A stretch of 64,000 nucleotides of DNA from Octopus sinensis. Its lineage: Eukaryota. Below are positions 26,181 through 39,467 of this stretch, piece after piece. How positions within the stretch are numbered: the stretch's first letter is position 1; every line of letters begins with the position of its first letter. A program made the position numbers and the translations under genes. The DNA is taken from positions 86,490,001-86,554,000 of the forward strand of contig NC_043005.1 in the NCBI RefSeq assembly GCF_006345805.1, given 5' to 3'. Below the pieces are notes generated by a model that was not told the DNA's origin, did no database searches, and was given only the letters and a program-made list of their open reading frames with translations.

Positions 26181-27174
26181 GAAAGAGAGAGAGAGAGATG
26201 AGTGCGTCTCTGAGTCTTTATCTCTGTGTTTATACGCTACCACCGCTTTACAACCGGTGTCGGTATGATTACGTCCCGTAAATTAGCACTTCAGCAAAAG
26301 TAATTACAGGGTAAATACTTTGGTCGATTTATTCTACTAAATTTGTTCAAGCCGGTGCCCCAGCATGGCCAGTGTCTAATGTCTGAAACAAGTGATAGAT
26401 AAGAAATTGTAATTCATAAATCAAAAATTCCTACTGATAGAAAGAAAAAAAATGTACGTCAAATCGTAAGGTAGATTCGAGACACTGACCAACAAATCTG
26501 AATTGAGAACATTATGTAAAACGGAATAAAGCTTAATATGAGAAAATGAAATGGTCAATCAATGATAATGATGCAATGTCTGAAAAAGACAATAATTTCT
26601 AGGTGAAAGTAAGTAGTCAAAAGAAATATACAGACGTTTAGACCAGAAATTAGTTAGAAATTTAATTTTGAAATATTTGCCAGCATAATGTCGGAGCGAG
26701 GGAATAAAATCCACGAATATGTTGTTATATAAAGATGCAGAGAAAAACAGAATTCGTCCAGACAATGAGTTAGAAATAATCAGAAATAAGCAAACTAATC
26801 AGAAAATATTACGTAAATGAGAGAATACACTGCGAAGGAATATTGTAGACGTATTCGATTAATACTTAAAACGAAGCTAAATGCCCCAAATATATTAATA
26901 AGTATAAGTGATTTTGTTGTATTGATTTAGATTTTTAATATTCCTGGCACGAGAGACTACAGACTTCACACCAGCAGCAAGCAAAGGCTTGTAATGAACC
27001 AAATTTAATTACACAATATATGGAGACTGTAAAGAGCCAATTGATCATATTATTTCTGTTTGCTAGTGTTAGGCAAAATAATGTATATAAACAGACATTA
27101 CTTAGAGGTTTTGATCAACTAAAATCTATGACAGCATTATTTGATTTCAATACACAGACACACGGACACGCACG

Positions 27175-27243
<69 letters not shown>

Positions 27244-27774
27244 GCACGCGGGAAAGCACATATATTTACATCATATGGCAGAAATACAAGAAAAGTGTTT
27301 TAAAATATGCTGCAGAAATCCTGGTACGACATGACAGTTCATACAAAGAAATAATTTACGATTTTATAAGAGGAGAAAAAATAATTTCTATTAAGGTGCC
27401 GTAAGACTTGTAGAAACGGGAGAAATTATCCTGAGAAATATCTGGGCCGATTGTGTGTAACAAACTTCACTGCACTCACAGCAATTAATAATGAGGGTAT
27501 AGTGTTGTTAAACGGTAATGATTGAAATCTACCAAATATGAAGATGGGTGATCCCTTCTACGAGCTTTCACACATTTTCGGTAATGCAAACTATTTACTG
27601 CTTTAAAGTAAAAAATAACCGGTAATTAAGAACTATGCGAGAGTCTTTCATAGTAATAATAACAACAACAACTCCTACTACAACAGCAACAACAACAAAA
27701 ACAACAAAAACGACAACAACAAAAAAAAAATAATAATAATAATAATAATGATGATGATGATGTTGATGATAAGA

Positions 27775-28140
27775 GCACTTAGAGAGCGTAAACTTCCTCC
27801 AAAGCAACACCAACTTCCTCTCAACGATTAGCCAGGGATGAGTCTTAAATTGAGAAATTTTGAAATAGACTCGCCTGCTCTCACAAACGAGAATACTAAA
27901 AGTGAACCCGACCACACTCAAAAATTAAGTAAAAGAATAGGAAAAATTATCCAGAATCCTTGACCTGCACCGGATCGATCTCAAACTTCGTGTCAGTCAC
28001 GAGGCCAAACATCCATGAAAGTTTCATCCGAATTCATCCAGCGGTTCTTGTGATATCTTGTCCACGGTCAAGCAAACAAACAAAGGAATAAACACGACTG
28101 AAAACAATATTTCTGCTTTTGCTAAGACAGAGGTGATAAT
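27775..28140 (+). mobile_element. Non-autonomous Helentron/HINE-like element
   Basis: AAGTTTCATCCGAATTCATCCAGCGGTTCTTGTGATATC..AAACAAACAAA..GAAAACAAT followed by a subterminal hairpin remnant; pattern recalled from DINE-1/HINE-type elements. Confidence 0.45.
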
Positions 28141-28164
28141 AATTAGTGACGGTGACAAATAGAC

Positions 28165-28310
28165 AACACTACCGACAGCGACAAACGCCGAATGTGTGGT
28201 GAGAGGGGTGAAACGGTATGGCCCATCGTTAGCGAATGCCCGAAATTAGCACAACGCGAATGCAAATGACACCATTACAATGTAGCAAGAATGATCCATT
28301 GGGTGCTCTG
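28165..28310 (+). mobile_element. R4/Dong-like LINE zinc-knuckle fragment
   Basis: TTDSDKRRMCGERGETVWPIVSECPKLAQRECK*HHYNVARMIHWVL (CCHC knuckle plus RHD-like motif). Confidence 0.75.
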
Positions 28311-28544
28311 ATATTTATTTCATCGATCCCGAAAGATGACCTCGAGGTAAAGACGACCGCGGCAGAATTTGAACTCACAACATGCAAGAGGACGAAGAGT
28401 TGCTAAACATTTTGCCTGGTGTGCTAACGATTCTGCCAGGTGGCCGCCACAACAGATACAACAACAACCATAATAATTTGCTTAATGATCATAAACACTT
28501 CCTAAATAGTATTTTCTAAACACATACGACGTAGTAAAAGACAG

Positions 28545-28930
28545 GGGAGGCGCAATGGACCAGTGGTTAGAGCAGCGGACTCGCGGTCGTAGGATCGCGG
28601 TTTCGATTCCCAGACAGGGCGTTGTGAGTGTTTATTGAGCGAAAACACCTAAAAGCTCCACGAGGCTCCGGCAGGGATGGTGGTGATCCCTACTGTACTC
28701 TTTCACCACAACTTTCTCTCACTCTTACTTCCTGTTTCTGTTGTACCTGTATTTCAAAGGGCCAGCCTTGTCACTCTCTGTGTCACGCTGAATATCCCCG
28801 AGAACTACGTTAAGGGTACACGTTTTTGTGGAGTGCTCAGCCACTTGTACGTTAACTTCACGAGCAGGCTGTTCCGTTGATCGGATCAACCGGAACCCTC
28901 GTCCTCGTAACCGACGGAGTGCTTCCATCC
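28545..28930 (+). mobile_element. tRNA-derived SINE family D, full length, with 12-bp TSD
   Basis: Head GGAGGCGCAATGGACCAGTGGTTAGAGC..GGTTTCGATTCCC; TSD AGTAAAAGACAG at 28533-28544 and 28931-28942; partial copies at 44691 and 46300. Confidence 0.92.
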
Positions 28931-28959
28931 AGTAAAAGACAGTATATCGCACCCATTAT

Positions 28960-29385
28960 ATTCTAAGTTTGAAAATCATACGATATCACGCATATACGCG
29001 TTAGTCACATCACAAGCATATGTGCGTGAATTGGTAACCTTATATCAAGAGAAATAGCACATGACCTTGCAGGTCGGGCACGGTTAGAATTTTCTTCCGG
29101 TCAAGTAGCCCATCCTGATCAAAAGTCCATGAATGAGGTTTGCTTAAGAATGTTGAACGAAACACCCATGTTTCCAGAGGTGAATTATCCAAATCCCAAA
29201 GAATTCCTCTCAACACATGGCTTTGATGCTCCCCCACTACTTCTGCTCATGATCAGAGATGCATATGTTGTCAGCTACTAAGAGACATGCTCAACTGGTT
29301 ACGGTCAAACAACTGACGAGCAAATCTGTGGTATTGAGCAGAATATTTGCCGTAGCCCATCTTTTATACCAAGACAAAATAATGG
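28960..29385. repeat. Unclassified interspersed repeat
   Basis: GC-richer block ending at an (ATT)n(AGT)n tract; recognised from recall as a common cephalopod repeat, single copy in this window. Confidence 0.4.
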
Positions 29386-29434
29386 ACATAATAACACTTC
29401 CAATCATCACTATTATTATTATTATTATTATTAT

Positions 29435-29478
<44 letters not shown>

Positions 29479-31579
29479 TTACTATCATTATCCACTCATT
29501 TCAATTATGTTTCCATTTCTTGCCGAGTGTCTTCCCGACACCTAGCACAAAGGCACTCACCGTATACATTAGTAGGCCATTAAAGTAAACGGCGGGTTAT
29601 TCATTTACAATGTCTTGTGATAGAAAAAGAGAGAAGGGGAAGAAAATCTAAAGACATATTTTTTTAAGATAGGAAAAAACGAAAAAAGGAAACCAAAGAA
29701 GTTAAAATATCACTACCATCATCATCATCATCATCCTCATCACCATCACCATCATCATCATCATCATCATCATCATCGTCATCATTATCATCATCATCAT
29801 CATCATCATCGTCATTATTACTATTATTATTCACATCCCATGAATGTCTTCACTTATTTTCCATCTATAAGAAACATTTTGCTTCGTACAATGTTTTATT
29901 TATACTCCGATTTATTTACTTCGGATTATATCATGCTGACGATTTCTAACAAGAATGAAATGATGCAATACATGATTACATCAGACTAAAAATCAATATA
30001 TCTTCATAATATATAATTCACCCCAGAAAAAAAGAACTAGATACGTATATTTCATACATCTTCATGTTACTCGGTTTTAAATTTCGAATTTACTAAACCA
30101 CCAAATATGTAAAAAATGTTTAACTGCCGTAGAGTAACTGAACATCTGGGAGCGCTACGTACTATACAAACAGTTGTATTCAATTTACATAACGCAACAT
30201 ACAGTAATAGCAAGCAATGCTAGCATGCTTCAAATAAAAATAATGTGTCGGTTTGAAGTAAACGCTAATTACAGTAAAAACGAAATTATTTATATGTTAA
30301 TCAATAAAACAAACGTGAGAACAATATCCACCAGTAACGTTATTTTGATGAAAGCTACAGAGGTAGCCGAATGTTAGGCCAAAGTGATGTGAGATGTGAC
30401 CAAATAACTGTTTAATCGCATATACACTTTTTCTGTACATAAAGCAAACGGACATTATAAAAAGAGTTTGTGTTAGTGAGTGGAATCAACGGACATGCAT
30501 GACTGAAGTTATACTCCAGCTGCGTAGTGGATGTAGTAAGAGTTTGGTAAAAGCTCGTGGTCTGGTAGTTAGCGTGTTGAATTCACAATCGTACGATCAC
30601 GGTTTCGACTCTCAGACCAAGCGGTATTTGAATTGTTAACCAAATCACTTAATTTCACGATGCACCAGTCCACTGAGCTGTAAACGGGTAAGCACCAACG
30701 GACTGAGGAGCTCCTCATGTGGGAATATTGTGATCTCAGGAGGTTACGTATACACTACGGAGACCCATTAAAGGGCATTATGAGTGGTAGGACTTGAGAT
30801 ACTAATCATATATGAGATTCATGTTACATATTTGGAAGGTCCTGAAAATATAATGAAATTAAATCCTACATAGAATTAACACCGAAAATAAAATATACTA
30901 ACAGAGGAGAAACAACAAACATCCGATAGCTAAAGAAACAAACGAAAACAAACAAAAAATGAAAAAGTTTTGTAATATTTTGATGAAGTCATGTACAGTC
31001 GGTGAGACATCAAGAACGATGGAAGTATCAGAACTCGAAAGAAAATGCAAGGAAGTATTATAGCTAAACAAAACAAAAATAAACTACATAAAATATTCAA
31101 AATAATAGAAGGAATTTATTATACAAAGATTTTAAAGAATTTATAAAAAATAACAGCCAGCCAGGCGGCCAATGAAATTGTATAAATGACGTATAAGTCG
31201 TTATACAAAGAACGGATATAATGACAGAGAAATGAGTCTAAGCTACTCTAAGAACTGTTAACTTGATTAAAATTGACAATATTTAATTATAGTCCGGCAC
31301 TTAAATCAGAGAATTAGAAGAAAACATCAGTACATACATGTAGACGCAACTGAGAATTTTAAAATACTGAATTGAGAAATAATGAGGAATAATAGAAAAG
31401 ATTAATTCAGCAGAGTCGGACGAAATTCTAACATCTTACTGCAATGACAGGAATAATGTTTTTCATAGATATTGAGAAATTAAATTTTTCTAGTCATAAA
31501 GTAAGACATTGATATAAAAACTTGGAAGAAACTTAATCACTGCATTAACGCTGGTGTAGATAGGATATACAAGCGCCTT

Positions 31580-31640
31580 AAACAGGTGGGCCACGTGATG
31601 TGACGAAAGTTGGACATAAAAGTAACATGACGTCATCCAT
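31580..31640. promoter_or_regulatory. Candidate regulatory cluster: E-box, half CRE and full CRE
   Basis: CACGTG 31592-31597, TGACG 31601-31605, TGACGTCA 31628-31635 in non-repetitive DNA. Confidence 0.3.
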
Positions 31641-33261
31641 ATTTTAATGGATTAGCTTCGTAAGGGAGCATTAGTATTTAATATGATATATACGCACAGA
31701 CATTCATAACCACAGAACTATAAATGGTTTGTATTTCCTTGTTATTTTGTTTTTATTTATTGAAAGGGAGAAAGTTCGTGGCTTAGTGGCTTGGCTGTTA
31801 CACTCAGGATTGCAAGATTGTAGTTTCGATTCCTGAAGCGGTAGGTGCATTCTGCTATTTAACCAAAAAATTCACTTCACTTTGTTTCAGACTACGCATT
31901 TGTTAGTGTAAGCCTACAACGGATTGGGCCCTGTTTTGGGCCAATACTGTAATTTCGGTCACTTACAAGCCATAGAAGTCTTTTGAGTCCTTGGGGTTGA
32001 GACATTAGAAAATTATTTTTTAAAAATTCACCCAGAAATACTGAGGTGGCATTTAACGCTGAAACAAGGTGACTTGTAGTCCGCAGGTTTCACTCGGTGT
32101 TCACTGTATTTTTAATCAGTCGCATTTGGCTGATATCATCTATTTCGACACAACCAGCACGAATCGGGGTTAGTCACAGCCACTCCAAGTGCTAGATCAT
32201 TCTATAAATTAAAATTATCTTCTGGTAAAAGCACAACTTTAACACAACTAAATCTATATTCAAAAGCCTTAGCATTTCACTTCGGACCGAGAACTTCAGC
32301 TCCTCCCCCGATGATTGTTGATCCAATTCGAAATTCAGATGAGGCATACAGTGGAATAATTACGCTGACATTTCGAATGGTGGTGCGGCTGTTGTATACA
32401 ATGAATTCCTTAACGGCCGTAAAACTAACGGATATGACTTCGTTGGTGCATGCGGTCCACGCATATATGTTGTTCCTCGAACCTAGCTTGTTACGTGCTC
32501 ACATATACGCTTTTCCACCACATTTCGGTAGTGAATAACTACAGCAATCTAGCACCACCACAACACCCAGGTTATTAATCTTCGTCGCCGTGCAACGTTT
32601 GGAACCAAAAGGTAAGAGTCATCTCATCAATTCTGTAAAGCGAATGGCGCAGACTGACTTTAACCCTAGATGTTGCAAAAAGAGATGCAAGCAAATATAA
32701 TCTGCACTTTCATATTTAATTTGCTTCCACATACTTTAATAACCTATTAAAAATTTGCTTGTTTGGTTGGCTATTTGGTTAGTTGGTTGGCTGATTTCTT
32801 CAGTCACGCTTTACAACGTTTAGAGAAATAGAGAGAGGTTTTATAGAATAACTTAACATAAGTGATACAAGAAGAGAGCGTATACTAGGCTCTGTGGCAG
32901 GAACACTACGCGCACGCGATTACAGGGAATGACTCATAAGGACGAAAGAAGCAAACGACGTTGTAGTCATGGGAGGATTTATATAATTAAGGAATTGAGT
33001 CATATTGTTCGTTAAGGGAATACATATTTTCTTTCGGGAATGAGTTCATTGTGTAAGGAATTTGATAAAAGATAAACTGATAGGCGTAGGCGTGGCTGTA
33101 TGGTAAGAAATTTGCTTCCCAGCCACATGGTTTCGCGTTCAGACCCACCGCAAACCACCTTGGGAAAGCGTTTATTGGCCTTTTTCTTTCCTTTAAAAAT
33201 CGGCACGAACTTTCCGGAGAAAGCAATATATAGTTTCATATCTAGACATGCTCATATATGT

Positions 33262-33585
33262 TTAAATGATAAACTTCTGGAAAGTTTTACAGATTTTTAC
33301 AGTTCCAGTGATGGTTTTGATCTGTAGTCCTCGAATTAGCTTTCTGGTTCCTGGTTTTGAGAAGCCTAATTTCTCAAAATAGTTATTTAGGCTGCGTGTT
33401 ACATATCTCAGGGCCCTAATAATTACAGGTATAAACCTGAACTTGCATTCTGGATAGAGTTGCTGTACATTCCTCAGCAGTTCAGCGTAGGTGTTTTCTT
33501 TTTCGCTGCTCTTCAGCTTTATGTTTTACATCTGCTGGGCAGCTGATTTCCTAAACTGTACACAGTTTCTCTTGTATATGTCAAA
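33262..33585 (-). mobile_element. RLE-type LINE 3' fragment (second family)
   Basis: EKENTYAELLRNVQQLYPECKFRFIPVIIRALRYV...LGFSK..LIRGLQIKTITGTVKICKTF*: typical C-terminus of the restriction-like endonuclease domain. Confidence 0.75.
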
Positions 33586-33684
33586 TAACTATGTCAGGTC
33601 TATTGTGTTTACATTTTATTGAGGTTTCCACTGGAACGTTCCGCCAGAACTCATTATTATTCAGACAACGATCTACCAAAGGCG

Positions 33685-33888
33685 TTAGCACGCCAGGCAA
33701 AAAGCTTAGCTGCATTTCGTCCGATTTTACATTGAGTTCAAATTCCGCCGTGGTCAACTTTGTCTTTCGGATCGATGAAATAAGTACTATTTACACGCTA
33801 GGGTCGATGTCATCGACCATCACCTACCCTCAAATTTCAGGCCTTGTGCCTTTATCAGAAAGGATTTATTATTATTATTATTATTATC

Positions 33889-33967
<79 letters not shown>

Positions 33968-33985
33968 ATAGTAGTAGTAGTAATA
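33685..33985 (+). mobile_element. Degenerate SINE (A/B type) with (ATT)n(AGT)n tail
   Basis: GAGTTCAAATTCCGCCGTGGTCAACTTTG..GGCCTTGTGCC followed by triplet repeats. Confidence 0.7.
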
Positions 33986-35169
33986 TTTTCATATACACTC
34001 AACAGATTAGCTTTTTGGAAAAGAAAAATCGTAACACAAGGCTACAACATGAAACCTTAGATGCCAAGAACCCTCGTTGGTATCCTAACTGACCCTAATA
34101 ACACTGTTTTCTACGCCTGTACTAAACTGGGTTTTATGCCTATTTCCTCTATCCATCTGTTCAGATATTTAGGGATAGTTCGCAATGCACTTATAACAAC
34201 TGGGATACATTTTACTCTCACTTTTCATAGTTTCTATAATTCAATAGCTTGGTCCTGGTACTTATTATTATTATTATTGTTGTTGTTGTTACGTATAGCC
34301 ACCAACTGGCAGGATCGTTAGATGTTTACCTTCTAGCAACATCTTTCATTCATTTCGAGTTCGATAAAGCAAAGTACAATTCGAACCCTAGGCCCGATGT
34401 AATCGGTTAACATCCCGCCCCCCACCCTTTAAATTTAAAGGCCTTGGATCAAAATTAGAAACAACTCCTATTTTTAGTATTTCATTGATGATGAACGTCA
34501 AAACAGAAAATCTTCCACTTGCCAAATGAGGGTCCTACCTGTGGTATTAAATTGTATTTAATGTGGTTCTTTTGAATAATTTATTGTCGAAGATATTGGC
34601 AAACATATGGATGTTTGCTGATGTCGAGAAGACTTACGAACGATCATAGTAACTCTGCTGTGATCACTATTTCACATTTTCATCGTGAAATGGTGATCAT
34701 ACATGTAACTTCTTTGAAAGCCTGAAGAATGTGGTTTGGGCATGATTTGACTGATATTTATTTTTGAAATTCGTGTCAGGCATTAGCTTCCAAATTTATC
34801 GCTTTATCTAGTGATTGCAACTGGTTGAATATTCAAATATTTCCTTGAAGGATTTTCATTCGATATCACATCCGTTTATGCACTGCTAACTCGTTTTGTA
34901 TCTAAAAACGTGTTACTAATTAAAAGCAATTTGCAAAACGGTCAGACATCAACAGGAAGATACAAAGAATTCAATAAATAACAGCAAAAAAAACGGCAAT
35001 AACAATAAAGTGTAGACAATAAAATGGAGGAAGAAGAAAGCATGGCAAAAAAGAAAAGAAACATAGAAACAATATTAAAGAGTGTTAGTGATGTGAATTC
35101 TCTTTAAAATATTGCAGATAAAACCTAATTTAACGGTGTCATCAGCATACTTGTTTATGATGATCAGAA

Positions 35170-35855
35170 GCATTTATTACTGTCATCTCACGTTCGTCAC
35201 CGTTCTTGTCGCCATCTTTATCCTCCTCATCCTCATCCTCATCCTCATCATCATCATCATCATCCTCATCATCATCATCATCATCATCAGCATCGACGTT
35301 GTTGTCGCCGTCGTTGTTGTCGTCGTCCTCCTGCCAACGTCACCATTACCACCATCAACACCACTACCACCACCAGCACCATCACCAACACCACTACCAT
35401 CGTCGCCGCTACCACCCTCAACAGCACCGTCGCTGCCCTCGTCCTCCACAAATTTATTGATATCATCAGCTTTTACAACTACAGCATCCATCTCAGCTAT
35501 CTCCACAACCATCATCATCATCATCATCATCTTGCTCATCATCATCATCATCGTTATCAACAGCATCGCAATCATCATCATAACCGTCGTCACCACCACT
35601 ATTACCGTTGCCGTCGTCATCATCGTCATCGCCAATATCATCATCACCATCATCATCATCCTCATCATCATCATCATCATCAACGCCGTCGTTGACGTCG
35701 TCGTCATCATCATCATCATTACCATTATCACCATCATCTTCATCACCATCATCACCATCATCATCATCATCATCGTCGTCGTCGTCGTCATCATCATCAT
35801 CATCATTGTCGTCATCACCATCATCATCATCGCCATCGTCAATATCGTCATTACC

Positions 35856-35889
<34 letters not shown>

Positions 35890-36310
35890 TCGCTGTCGTC
35901 GTTGTCCTCATCATCCCCATTATCACCATCGTTTTCGTCACCATCAACATTATCATCCTCTTCATCATCATCACTGTAGCCGTCGTCGTCGTCGCCTTCC
36001 TCGTCGCCATTATTCTAGCCTTCGTCTTCCTCCTCTCCTTCCTCTCCTTCCTCTTCTTCCTCCCAGCTCCCACCTTCTTCCTTCTTACCAGAAGCATCAG
36101 TACCATAACCACTGCTAGTATTATCAATTCAGCATCAAATAAGCATTAACTTCCAATCACATACTCATTAGAATCACCACTACGCTCCGTTACCACCAAA
36201 CTAATCATCGATGCCATTACCTTCTTCATCATCATATTCTTAGATCTGCTGGTCGCCACCATTATCATCACCAACATCACCTTCAACGCCACCTACACTA
36301 CGATATTCGT
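35170..36310. repeat. Cryptic triplet repeat (CAT/CAC/CGT mosaic), about 1.1 kb
   Basis: Direct reading; produces the 345-aa and 314-aa low-complexity ORFs. Confidence 0.95.
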
Positions 36311-36492
36311 TACTTCTTTTTCTTTTTATTCCTGTTAACACCAACTAGTAATATTAGCAAGACGAACCGATGACAGGATCGCTACGTGAGCACACATAGA
36401 TTTGCTAGAAATAACAGGTTCACTTTGCGCCTATTATTCGATTTTCTCTACAATAAAGGAAGGGAAGTATACAGCTGTATATATAAGAGATG

Positions 36493-36646
36493 AGGAATTA
36501 TTTAAATTATTTACATTATTTACATTTGACGGATATTTGTCCTCATCTTGTTTGTTAATACGACGTTTTGACTGATATACCCTCCATCAGCTGACTTGGG
36601 GAAATTTCGAACCTGGCTTCTCATTCTTAATGTATTTTTTGATGTT

Positions 36647-36681
<35 letters not shown>

Positions 36682-36717
36682 TATTATTATTATTATTGTT
36701 ATTGTTATTATTATTAC

Positions 36718-36804
<87 letters not shown>

Positions 36805-36851
36805 ATTACAGCGTGGAATCGAACTCAGAATCTTGAGGTTATTATTAGTGA

Positions 36852-36925
<74 letters not shown>

Positions 36926-37095
36926 TAATAATAATAATAACAACAACATCGGAAAATACCTTAGGAATGAGAACTCAGGTTCGAAATCTCCCCTAGACAC
37001 CTGAAGAATGCTGAAGGGTATATCAGCCGAAACGTTGTGTTAAGAACAAACAAAATGAGGACAAATATTCGTCAAATGTAAATAATGTAAATAAT
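36493..37095. mobile_element. Head-to-head pair of a SINE with tRNA-like head, (AAT)n linker and HHR-bearing tail
   Basis: 36493-36646 is the reverse complement of 36945-37095; head remnants at 36801-36840 (-) and 36846-36855 (+) match 25875-25910. Confidence 0.7.
36997..37040 (+). ncRNA. Minimal type I hammerhead ribozyme motif
   Basis: ACAC-CTGAAGA-A-TGCTG aagggtatat CAGCC-GAAAC-GTT-GTGT; palindromic AACGTT stem III; first stem II pair mismatched. Confidence 0.6.
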
Positions 37096-37212
37096 GAAAG
37101 GGAAAATGTTTAGAGTACTTTGTTTAGAGAAACTCAGAATATATGATACCATGAAGGACAATATTTTCAAGACTGGGTATCTGTAATCGTGGGTGTGATG
37201 TAAGAAAAAATA

Positions 37213-37302
37213 CTATAAATATGATGCTGATGGCGGTGATGCTGAGGGCGATGATGCTGATGACGACGATGATGATGGCGATGATAGCGATGTTGGCGAT
37301 GA

Positions 37303-37333
<31 letters not shown>

Positions 37334-37550
37334 GGCGATGTTGTGATGATGATGATGATGATGATGATGAAGTTGATGGTGAAGATGACGATGAGGAAGA
37401 TTATTACGATGATAAGGACGATGATGGTAATGACGGCTGTGAGGTTGCTGATGACGATGGCTATGAGATCGGTGATGATGGTAAACATCATTATCATCAT
37501 GGTCACCATCATGAACATCATCATCAGCTTCATCCTCATCATCACAACTT
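37213..37550. repeat. Cryptic (GAT)n triplet repeat
   Basis: Direct reading. Confidence 0.9.
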
Positions 37551-37914
37551 TTCACGTTAATGAGAATAAAATAAAGCCGTATAGGGTTCCATAATAAGAA
37601 AAGAATGAGCAAAAAATGGAGGTGAAAACAGAGTATAGTAATAGAAAAGTAAAAAGGATGCCAATTAATAGTAAATTAAATTCAACACAACTGAAGACAT
37701 GTCTGTTGAATTAAATATCCAGTGAGTGTTTTGTAATCTCTGAGAAAATATTCCGGTCCATTAAGGAATTCAATATGTCAGGACTGATTAAATAGTATTT
37801 AATCAAAATTTCGCTTTCCTTGAAACATTAATTTGAGTAAACTACAACGAAATCAGCAGACGTCTACACCGCACTTGTCCGAGAATTCTAACACATAATT
37901 TTGTTCATGTCATA

Positions 37915-38068
37915 CTGATGCATTGACAAAAGGATGAAATGGTGCTATACATCTTTTGCTTGCCTGATACTTATTCATTATGTTTCTTTTACCAAATCGC
38001 TTACTTGTAAGGGCATAAACACACCAACACCGGTTGTCAAGTGGTGATGGCTGACAAATAGACACAAA

Positions 38069-38117
<49 letters not shown>

Positions 38118-38155
38118 CATAACAAAATAATAAATAAAGCATATGCATATGTATA

Positions 38156-38186
<31 letters not shown>

Positions 38187-38519
38187 CATATATGTACATA
38201 CCTACATCTATATGTATATATACATGCATATATGGGTACAGGGCGCCAAAACAACGTAGAACACAATGAGAAACGAAAACATAAAAACAAAAACAGGGAA
38301 ACGCCCTTTTTTTAAACAGCGAAAAGAACAGAGTACAAGACATACAACACAAGGAACATTCCTTTTACGAGAAGCTTCTTTCAGTTGCCGTCTACCAAAT
38401 TCATCCCAAAGCCCGGGATTATTGTAGAAGTCAGTTGGCCAAGTTTTCATGTATTAGGGACTGAACTCGGAATCATGGATCGACTGCGAACTTCTTCCCG
38501 CACAGCTACCCCTGCACCT
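37915..38519 (-). mobile_element. SINE family C with an extra about 140-bp insert (about 38230-38370) next to its central microsatellite
   Basis: Both SINE halves match 52115-52510; the insert is absent from that copy. Confidence 0.7.
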
Positions 38520-39408
38520 ATTTGTATAAAAGTATTTAAGATCTAAGCTATGAGTAGAAAAATTATTAAATAACTTTAATTCTGTACATCTTCGTATTTC
38601 TTCGTTTAAAAATCCAGACTTCTGATCTCACCAAAATAGACTATGTGCTCTAATCTTTATTAGTTATCTGCGAATTGTGATCACTGTGCTTCCATTGTGT
38701 CGAGTCATTTTCATCCGGTCCATACCATATTACTAACAGGAAGATAGTTTTTTATTAAATAATTAGAAATGTCTTCGACTGAAGAACAATAAGACAATGT
38801 GTCAAAACTGCTCTCCTGCTTTCAGAGAATTTCGTCTGACGTGCAAGAAAATAGTTTATTTCTAGTGATAGATTTGTTGAACAAAACATAAAACAATAAT
38901 AGCAGGCTGGCCACAAATGAAATACTTCTTAGCAGGCTTGGTCAAATAAAGCCAGGCTGAAGCGATACAGTAACACAAACAAGATTTATTGAGTAACTGA
39001 TAACATATATATAGAAATACTGCAGACAGTACTGTTGAACATTATTTCGTCTACACTAAACACAGCGAAAACGTCGAGGTTTTCTTTTTAATTTTTTTTT
39101 ACGAAAGCACAGGAACAATACATTTGGTTTGTGTGAGATCAGTGATTCTATTGTTAGAGACTTATATTTGCAGAACGAAATAAAGAATGCATACGTTTGA
39201 ACTTGTTTTGCATATTATTTTGTTTCGTATTTGTTGTTTAAATAGTCTTTTGTAATATTATTTCTGCGGTTTTCAATTTTAGAATAGTCTACTGCAGAAA
39301 TATCAGCATTTGCAAATTTTAAAATTTGTATCAATTGGGAGAGACCAACTTCTGAGTGTATCCACAGGCATATATGCGCTTCTGCACACAGATACACATA
39401 CGCACACG

Positions 39409-39467
<59 letters not shown>

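Noticed and set aside
35112-36149. 345-aa (+) and 314-aa (-) ORFs, the longest in the window
   Set aside because: Poly-I/V/M translations of a triplet repeat; no domain and no splice context
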